64,000 nucleotides of DNA from Bugula neritina (taxonomy: Eukaryota > Animalia > Bryozoa). This document shows positions 12,901 to 22,436 of this stretch, piece by piece (position 1 is the first letter of the stretch; every line of letters begins with the position of its first letter). The position numbers and the translations under genes are program-made. Location of the stretch: the NCBI GenBank assembly GCA_964035545.1, contig OZ037769.1, positions 2,046,001-2,110,000 of the forward strand, written 5' to 3'. Below the pieces are notes generated by a model that saw only the letters and a list, made by a program, of their open reading frames with translations, searched no databases and had not been told where the DNA came from.

Positions 12901-15900
12901 CATGCTGAGAGCCACGTATTCATGCAACCACATAACTGTGTAAACAGATAACCATGTAACCGGGTAACCGTGAAACCATTTAACCATGTATCTATAATTC
13001 AACTATGCAACCGTTTAGCCATATAAAAGGTAACCATGTAACCACGTGTCTATGCAACCATGCAACCATGTAGCCATGCAACAATGTAACCATAACATCG
13101 TGTGACCATATAACCATATAACCGTGTAACCATGACACCACTTGACCATTTATCAATGCAACCATAGTATAACTTAGACGATATTTTGTCATATGCTGTT
13201 TGACCATAGCATCTCCAAAGTATATTCAAAATATTTCTATGGGTGTTTGCCAAGATCAGTTTAAAAGCAGTGTATTAATATATTACATAGACGCAAATTA
13301 TATCTGTAAATAAGTAAATATTAAGATATTCAAAGAACCAACCTCTGCCGTTGTCTCCCCATACAAAGAGTCTGTGTTCATCAACACCACAGAATTTATA
13401 TCAGTTTTCCCAGCGGAGTTCAGGTTGTTTAGTAATTTTATAAGGTTTGCCGTAATTCTGGTTGCAGACGGATGAGTCCGCAGGAAGTGGGTGAACTCAG
13501 TCTTGTCGTCCAGTTGCCATGTCGACGCACCATAAGCTACTTGAATAATGTTAGCAGGAATCATCAGCCTCTGTTCCTGTTATTATAGCATGAAACTTAC
13601 TCAATACTTTACTGAAGGTAAGTTCAATTCCCATGACTTTCAAACAATTTCTAGCAAAAACAAATTAAATATCTAAAAGCATTAAGATATTTTTGATATT
13701 TTCCAGGATGATTTGAAAGATTTCTGTTAGCAGTTATTTTGAAAACTATAAGATCGCAACGAAAAAGTATTTTAGACTTTTTCATATAGTTTTGCGTTTC
13801 ACTCCAACTTCTTTACCAGTATTAAAATACATTATTTCATAAAATTGTTTCTAGTTATTTAAATGCCATCTACCATAACCAATAAAAAGTTGGTTATTTG
13901 TGTGTAAGATTTGATACACTAAATAGGACTCATAGCTTTTCAGACCATTGTTCAGAAAAATGTATATTCTCTCAAAAGTAAGTTTAGATTATAGACATGG
14001 AAATTGAATTCTAAAATTGGAAGGACAGAAAGATAAACTTTAAAATAAGTTGAGAATGTTAAATTTTTAATAAAGTTATATATAAGACAGCATACCGTAA
14101 CAGATATGTGACTACTGTAATCTCCAACCAGTCCAATGATCTTTGACCGATCTAGACATTGCTCTTCATTACAGTATTCTGTTGTACCATTTAGCACATC
14201 TGTGAGCAACTTCTGAGTAAGAGCTGTGTTGAAACAGGTGTCCAGAATTAGCAGGCCTAAATTGAGACCTTTATCTTGAAAGAGTTGATTTAGTCGTGTC
14301 CTAGCAAACGTAGCAGCTTCAGCTCTCAGCGATGCTTCTGCGTTAAACTTCTGACAGCTCCATAAATCAGGATATTCATTGAAACTAAAAAATAATGCTG
14401 TTGGTAATTCTTAATTTTTAAAAAAGTTTATTTTTTAAACTGAAAGGTCAAATCTGAGCCTAAACTGTGAGAAATATTAATTACACCAGAAATTTTGTAA
14501 ACTTTAGGAGATCCCTGTATACTTTTACTCGCAAAAAGTAAATTTTTTTAAGCGATTATGTAATATTAGGAAAGAATTACATTTTATTTGTGTATTATCA
14601 TGTCTATTAAAAGATCATGTGTGCATATAATTAAATAATAACATGCCTATATTCCTATAAAAAATCTTCTTAGATATAACCTGCTTGGATTTTATTAGAA
14701 GGATGCCTTATTATGATTTTACTCACTACTTATAGTCAATTATCAAAACCTACCTGTCATGAACAGGCATAGTGACAACTATAATAAAGTCTCCTGGCAG
14801 GTAGATGTAATCTGGTACAGGTAGCTGCTGACTACACTTCACTCGACAGCTCTCACTGGTACACCACATGTCTGTGTTCATCTCTGCCACGGAGTCCACC
14901 ATAGACCAACCACTGGCAGAGCTGTATGTCTCCTAACAAATAATTTATAATGCAATTAGCAATATATTATTGTGCTGGGAATAATATAATATTATTTTTT
15001 ATGTGACAGGATAGTCTCAGTTTTTCTATAGAACTTTTCAAATCAACCACTTACATTCATGCAAAGCTGCAAAAACAATTACTTCCAATTAAACAAATTT
15101 TAACAACCGGATGTTTTTTTAACGGGATATTATAAACACCAGCAGTTTTTATTATGGCTTGCAAAAATAAAATTTTTAAATTCTTACATCTTCTTTCAGT
15201 TGAAAAAGTGGTGCTTTTGGCTCGATCTGAAGAAAGTTTTTCACGAATTTGGTTGTACTGGTTGTATTCGCATAATCTAAAGTTACGCTGATAGATGTCA
15301 CTTTCTCATTGGTCAGCTTCTGTAACTCCTCAACTTCAAGGTTAGGACAAACTGCTATTCTGCCTGAGCACTCACTATTCACCACTTCCTGTACGGAAGC
15401 AGCCAATAAGCGCACTGCTGCCAAAGTTTGGAAGACGTTAGATTCAGCAGAGCTATTTAGCTGGTACTGTTTCACGATGTGTATAGAGTCATGAGCACCA
15501 GCAAGGAACTCAAAGTCTTCTCTCTCTGGGAGTTCAGGGGAGACAATCCAAGAAAGACTGGAGCTAGTGGAATGAATAGGGTTTACTATAAACAAGAAAA
15601 AAGAACACAATGATTATATTCATATTTCCATTATTTTAAGAACTAATGTGGTATCGAAAAAAGCTATAATGTAGCTTTTAACTTTCATCGTAAATAATGA
15701 TTAAAAATTTAGTAAAGATTAACAGTTATAATTTTTTTTATAAATGCAGTATAGTTGTATTTAGAGGGTGGATAGTACAAGGGTGTGTACTGTGTAAGAG
15801 GTGGATAGTACGCAAGGGTGTGTAAGGGGTGGATAGTGCAAGGGTGTGTAAGGTGTAGATTGTTTAACCAGCTTTTAAGCAGTATATATAGCTCCAGTTT

Positions 15901-16888
15901 GTGTGGAATGAACACGCAACACATTTAGGTTACTTTGCATGTTTGTCAAAAATAACAAATTAATTGAAGTTAATTTAAAGTTTGAACTACAAATAAAAGT
16001 TGGAAAAATATGAAATAATAAATATCATTTGATTATCTTACTAATGTTTTATGTTCAAATTAAAATTTAATCTTAAAGTTCTTTAACGTATAACGCTAAA
16101 AACAAATGCATTAACATATTTTTAGACATGTGATGCACAAAAGTTAAAGTAAATTATTTACACTTATTAGGTGTTGACAGAATTATAACTCCCCGAGGTT
16201 TATCCGACCCTGTCACATTACGTATGAGTTGAGAGGCAGTGGCATCTTGGGGGAACTCAATGTAGCTGTCTACACACACCCTCTTCTCTCTGAGTTCAAC
16301 TTCTAGCAGCTGTCTCAGAGCTCTACCGGAAGTTGTGGAGCCATACGCCACTGTTGTATAGTCCCAGTTCAATTTGACTGCTAACTCTGCTATCACCTAG
16401 CCACACATAGTATACATTATAGTGTTATTGTAGATGCTGCAACCTCTCATTATAAAAGCTGCATTACTACTGAAAGATTATATATTTGCAAGAGTAATCA
16501 AAATGATAATTTTCAACTCTTTTCTGGATGCTTTTATTTCTACTTATAGTTTCAGGCTTGACACTATAATAGCTGCACACTTTTAGCATCAGTTTCTAAG
16601 AAATATTTTAAACTCGAGATTTTTCAATCAATATTCTTTGCAACAAGAACTATAATATAAAGTAGTCAGCTCACCTGAGCTCTCCATCTTAAAGGACTGC
16701 TGGCATAGAATAAATTATTATCATAAGTTATAGAGTCTGGTATTTCCTCAAAGCTAATGTAAGGAATATCTGTGGATCTCAGTAGCTGCTGGACATTCGA
16801 CAAGCCTACACTGTCTATAACACCTGACAAACAAACAGCATAACTTTAGAATTAACTAATTAGTATATCTATTAAGCTTTGCAAAGCA

Positions 16889-16935
<47 letters not shown>

Positions 16936-19900
16936 TTTTGTTTTTTTTCAAGTAATATTATTGCAATTGAGAAAACATTCAGGCTCCAACACAGTTTAAA
17001 TTTGGAAGCGACTAAATTACTTTATTAACCAACCAATGAGAATACATATTGCGTTAATATAACCAACCAATGAGAATGCTGTCCGCAGACGACACAGTGT
17101 TTTTAACTCCCCCACATGATTCTGTTAGTAAAACTTGATTAGAGATCTCTGTGTTCACTCTGATCATAGACTTGGAGTCACTCCTACAGACTGACAGTAC
17201 TTGTACTCCTAAGGAAATATAATAATAATAATATAGTGTGAGCAAGTAATATTAGTAATTTGAATTAAGGTTGTATTGAACTGTACTGAAAAGTATAACT
17301 ATTACAGTTTTTTTTTGTTAGACCACAAAGATTTGAAATTGTTTGTCTCTGCGGCTTCTCCTATACATTTGAGTCACACAATAATACTGTAATATAATAA
17401 TATACAAAGCTAATAATTATACAAAATATTTATCATATATGCATTTTATTTGGTACCTATATACACACATATCACCAGTTTAAGAATTATCAGCATTTTA
17501 GCTTCATGCGAAAGTTGATCAGTTGAAACATATGCATTTCATTTAACTCAACTTAAATTTGATGACAGAAAAATAGAGAAACCCATTTCCAATAACCAAT
17601 AAAACTATAATTATTTGTAGTTAAAATTGCTCACCAAAATTCAAAGATTGTTCGCTGTTGATATTATTCAAGGTTTCCTTGACTTTCTGTACTTTGGCTG
17701 ATGCCAGTCCATTTTGATTGGCTAAACAGTCAGCGTCTTCTCCACTAATAAATATTATGTGGAAGTCTGAATCTAAAAACGTAGTGAAATGTTCCAGTAC
17801 ATATACAAACAATGAAGCAATAGCATTTAGAACTCCAAGTCTAAAATAACATTCTAAAAACAGATAAATGTATTGGCAATGCAGGACTAAAATATTAGTG
17901 CTTGTAAGTTTTTTTCTGCTTTTTAAAGAACAAATATATCATGTAACTGGACAATAGCATTACATAAATGTTTTTGAGTTAAAAAATAATCCTTACTCAG
18001 TAGGATAAAACAATACCTAATTTACTATAAGCTTATATACTGGAGTTATCAAATGTATAAACATAATGTTATGATGTAGTATTATTAATTTTTTTACTAC
18101 ATGTCACATAACATTTTGTGACACACAGTTTTAAATCAGAACATTATGTGACCTACTTGAATAGTGACAATCTCGTAGGTATTATTAAATCAAAGTATAA
18201 ACCAATGTATTTCATGCCTTTATATATAGACTTGCTCCAAATTAATCGGTTTGTAGAGTTTAATAACCTTCCTTTTTATATAGAAAAGCTGGCGTTAACT
18301 TTTTATATAAGTAAAACAAGTGATACAATTTATGCTCATATTGTCCTTTAATGCTGAATAAACAATTTTGCAAAAACTTTCCATTCAACTACCGTAAAAT
18401 GGGGTAACTTTAGCCACTTGGGGTAACTTTGGCCACTTTGGAAAAAATGTTTAAAATGTAGCTGGTGCTATATCTATGAAGTCTAAAAATATTTTAATTG
18501 TATATATGCACTGACTGCAGATTGGTGCATCCTATTCCTGAAAAATAATTGATATACTTATTTGCTGCTTCTTGCTGTCAGCCATTTTCAATTTCCTGTT
18601 TGACAACAAGATTTTCAGCGCTGTCCAACTTTAATCTATTTGAAGGCATTAGAAAAGCTGGACTCATTTTCTTTTTTGTATTAAAGAACTTTGGTAAGTA
18701 TTTAACCAGGATATTTGTAATTTAAGTAAATAAATTGAAATCCAAAATTAAAATATGTGTCTTGAATTCACTGTGTACAATTTTTGACGAATTTGGGGTA
18801 ACTTTGGCCATGACTAAATGGTACTCCAAAGTAGGTTTCTGGCAGCGCTGCGAATTTTCTGTTACTTCAGACACATAGTACATTACTCTCTAAAGGCACA
18901 ATCATTTGATTCACCTATACCCAATTTTTTAGTTATATATTTGAAACAACTTAGAGTCCGAAATATGAAATAATTACATGGGGAATTATGCATTTTTGTT
19001 CCCAGACAGCAATTTTGGGTTTAATGTTTTTTTTTATATAAGAATTTGACCATGCATTGTAAAATGTATTTTTCAAGACAATTATACTCAGAAAATATTA
19101 AAGAAAAGTAACATCTCCAAGATATGGTATATCTGAGGAGATTATTGGTTTTGCTTTATTCACAAGAATTGGCAGCTGGAAAGTCTTGACAAGAAGTGGC
19201 TAGAAATATGATATTACCAAAGGAACACTACAAAACAGAGCCGCATGAAGACACAAGCTGAAGCCTGGACGCCAAACTGTGTTATCACAAGTAGAGGAGG
19301 TAGCCATTGTTGACCATACCTACTACAAAGCTGGCTCAATGGGGCTCTCCGTTAGATAAAACAGACTTTCGAATAATAGTCAAGACCTATTTTGACAAAT
19401 GTGAGAGAAGAGTGCAACATTTCAAAAGCAACTACCCTCAAAATCACTGGAGTCTCAGTTTTATGTCAAGACATAAAGATAGCTTGTCTCACAGGTTGTG
19501 CCAAAACATAGCACCGGAATGGGCAACAGTTAATTCTGAAGACATTACGCATTATTTAAAAAATCTACAGACAACTGCTGCAGCCTATAGTTTGAAAGGG
19601 CATACTTGAATTTAAGATTAAATTCAATGGAATTTGAACTTGTACAGTGATTTATTCAATGTTGCAAGCAAAATACCTGATTTTTTATATATATACAAAA
19701 GTTTTTACACTTAATAACAATGTACCTCGAATAGCTGTGGTTTCAATGCAATAATTACACTATTATAGCTTGCATTTTGTCTAAAATAATTTTTTTTTGT
19801 AGTAATGAAGTTGAATAATGTTGTTCTTTAATTTCTAACTGGCTAAAAAAGCTCCAAGTGCTGCTAACTTTAGCTACATGGAGAATAACGACACCGGCCA

Positions 19901-21289
19901 AAGTTACCCCAAAAATAGGGTAACTTTGGCCACCTACTTTTTTTAATACCACAGGAGATCTAGCAGTCCCAAATTGCAAATGGTTCTTTCATTTAGTGCA
20001 TATGCTGATAAGCTTCATTTAGCATCCAAAAATTTTAAAGAATATTGTAATTCTTTCATATGACACCCAAAATATGTCTCAAAACGGCCAATGTTACCCC
20101 ATTTTACGGTAGTTATAGTATTAATATTAGTGTTTTAAACACATTGTAGCACATTGAATGGTTCAAATATTTGGATTGAGTACAAACTATAGAACTTACA
20201 TTAATAATCCTAATGAAGAATGTAGTCAAGTGGAACCAATAAACAGATTCCTGCTAGGCATATAGTTCAGCTTAAGCAGTGACTAAACATTGCGACATAA
20301 CAGGAAGCTTTCAAGCACTGCATAGCACAGATTTTAGTAAAAAACAGGGAAAAATCCCTTCCCCTTTAGCACTAAACAAGACATATATCCTAAGTGTGTA
20401 TTTCCAATCAAATATATTACTTCTCTGAATAATAAGCACTTAAAAAGCCACAGAATATGAGCATTTTTTATAGATTAGTATAATTAGTGAAATTGCTGCA
20501 ATCTAAATGTCAACAAAGGATGAGTCTCAAAACATGATCAACCCCCTCCCCCCTTCTCTCACTATATTGAAGATTATATAATTCATTATGTAATGTATTA
20601 ACATCAAAGTGGTGGTTGTATAAATTTGCAGACTAAAATGCACTAAAAAGCTGTAGCGTCAAACTGCTACTTAATTATACATACTTCAAGATGACTAATT
20701 TGATTTTCATGCACTTTTGTACAACAGACAAACTATATTATATAACTTTAAAGCACATATAAGGTCACAAAACCATTTGTGTAAACAATTTTGATAGGAT
20801 TTTCTTAAATTAATTTTTTAAGTTATTTGAACACAATGTGATAAATAAATTTAAATTGAACATCTGCCATGCCTTCACTACAGAAGTAACTATAGTATAG
20901 AAATTAAGGTATACCTGCCGTAACTCTGGACTCTCTAATAACAATGTTTACTTGTTATAATATTTTAGTAACGTACTACATCCCATAATGCATTTCCTCA
21001 CTGTTATGAGATGCAGTATGCAATATCTGAAATTATGAGCTTCACATTACAACCTACAAGTTCCAGGAGTTGAAATCTGAGTGAAGCAATAAATTGATAA
21101 CTAAGAAGCAGAATTTAGCTTATCTTACAAATAGCTTTAATATACACCTCAAGAGCTAAATTAGTGATAGCTAGCTTATCTCTTACCATTTGAAGTTGAT
21201 TGTTTCAAACACGTTTGAGCCCCGACTAAATGTAACACGCATAATCCAAGGACAGTGTAGAGTAAAACTTGCGTTATAAGTTTCTCCAT
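9907..21289 (-). CDS. Receptor R2: tandem paralog of R1 (double Venus flytrap, single TM, Tyr/Pro-motif tail; 15 exons)
   Basis: Same exon structure and phases as R1, approx. 21289-21187 (MEKLITQVLLYTVLGLCVLHLVGAQTC), 17772-17635, 17208-17070, 16824-16675, 16396-16161, 15586-15187, 14932-14754, 14384-14096, 13577-13343, 12842-12680, 12304-12132, 11940-11163, 10907-10827, 10665-10582, 10226-9907. TM IIVIATCSGIVILILLIAVILLAV followed by KKKG. In-frame upstream ATGs at ~21304/21307 are possible starts. Confidence 0.85.
12922..13170. repeat. Degenerate ~8-10 bp tandem repeat (GTAACCAT/GCAACCAT) in an R2 intron
   Basis: Many imperfect AACCATGT/AACCATAT units. Explains the spurious ORFs 12992-13207 and 13050-13253. 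Confidence 0.8.
15764..15856. repeat. Short degenerate minisatellite (GGTGGATAGTAC..AAGGGTGTGTA) x3
   Basis: Three imperfect ~27-33 bp units visible directly in R2 intron 5. Confidence 0.7.
16892..16928. repeat. (TA)n microsatellite
   Basis: Pure TA run. Confidence 0.95.
18392..20109 (+). mobile_element. Internally deleted pogo/Tigger-like (Tc1/mariner superfamily) DNA transposon in intron 1 of R2
   Basis: TIRs CCGTAAAATGGGGTAACTTTAGCC (18392-) and GGCCAATGTTACCCCATTTTACGG (-20109), with TA target duplication (18390-18391, 20110-20111). Disrupted transposase N-terminus at ~19120-19570: psq-like HTH (YDITKGTLQNR..PGRQTVLSQVEE) and CENP-B-like HTH (WGSPLDKTDFRIIVKTYFD..HWSLSFMSRH). No DDE domain seen. 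Confidence 0.9.
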
Positions 21290-22198
21290 CTTACTGCATG
21301 TCATCATCTATCCACACTTGCTAGACTAATGCATAAGTAACTGCTATATGCAATATTTCCTTATAATATGATTAATCATGCAGTGGAAATTAACCAGCCT
21401 AGCTTGTCTATTCAAAGCACTGGCTCACTCTGCTTTCTGTAAGCTTATCGTGAACATAAAAGGAAGTTAGTCTCAAATTACTTTTGTTTCTTTAGACTAA
21501 TTTTCAAAAGGCCAATCATGGTTGATTTTTATCCAATGTGGGCTAATGTATTTTTCCTTTAAGTTTTTACAACACACAATTACACACAAGCACTCAGAGG
21601 ACAATAACTATATTATATTATAGATATTGTGTGTGGCTATTGCAGCATTCTATTATTATTATGATTTATTTAGTAGCTGCTGAAAAAGAAAATATGGTAG
21701 TAATCAGTGCAGCTAAGCCATTTTGTTTTTAAAGTTGTCTCCCCAATTTGCAAATGGTGTGAATTACTTGGCAAGATTTTGCTACTTCCAATATCAAAAC
21801 TAATCTGGTTTATAAATATGAATGCTGGAGTAAATCTGCAGCAGACATTTAAAGATGCAATAATTATTGTTTAGGTTGATTTTTGAACAAAGTATAAATA
21901 AAATATCTAAAACGAAACTTCAGCAGCTTGAGTATTCTTAATTCATTATAAGAGTAAACATGCTTTTCCTCAGGCAAAATCCTACAACCTTTTTAACTTA
22001 TTATACTTCTTGTTGCTATAATTTATTATATTTAATAATTTTCCTCTACATCTCAGTATTTACTAAATAATGTTTGACTTTTAACACTTTTCATAGGCTA
22101 GCAGATATAGAATATCATAAAATATGATTTTTGTCAAAATTATCACAGTTTAAATAGAGTCAATATTTGGAATCATAAACGTTGTTTAGAATATCGAA

Positions 22199-22271
22199 GC
22201 TCCTGTAGCGTAATTGGTTAGCACGCCTGCTTGCAAGCCAGAGACCTGTGGTTCGAATTTTGGTGGGGGCA
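22199..22271 (+). mobile_element. tRNA-derived SINE head or tRNA pseudogene (Ala-TGC-like)
   Basis: Pol III A box TAGCGTAATTGG and B box GGTTCGAAT. tRNA-length element with acceptor-like ends GCTCCTG/TGGGGGC-A and CTTGCAA in the anticodon position, but D, anticodon and T stems pair poorly. More decayed copies at ~30041-30095 and ~33499-33553. Confidence 0.6.
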
Positions 22272-22436
22272 ATTGTTTTACAATAAATCTAATAAATAAC
22301 TTCTAAATTACAACCCTAATTGAAAAATTTCTATTTTTCACTTGTTACTCAATTGTTATGGCATCGCTCTAATTTTATAATATTGCTTGCATCTTCTATA
22401 CGTTATTACATAATATATATTCCAACATCTCAAACA

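Noticed and set aside
12992-13253. ORFs rich in HGYMV/VTW repeats, or a CRISPR-like array
   Set aside because: They are translations of a degenerate 8-10 bp intronic tandem repeat. There are no constant repeats with unique spacers, and the context is eukaryotic.
2130-15494. Plus-strand ORFs 2130-2312, 5219-5428 and 15309-15494
   Set aside because: They are antisense shadows of real minus-strand exons. Their mutual similarity comes from the R1/R2 duplication.
203-21289. Calling R1/R2 metabotropic glutamate or calcium-sensing receptors (GRM/CASR)
   Set aside because: Only the VFT region is similar. There is one TM helix and no full 9-Cys domain or 7TM, so no gene symbol was assigned.
22199-22271. 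Functional tRNA-Ala gene
   Set aside because: D, anticodon and T stems pair poorly, there is no clean terminator right after it, and decayed relatives occur nearby. A SINE or pseudogene fits better; tRNAscan-SE would decide.
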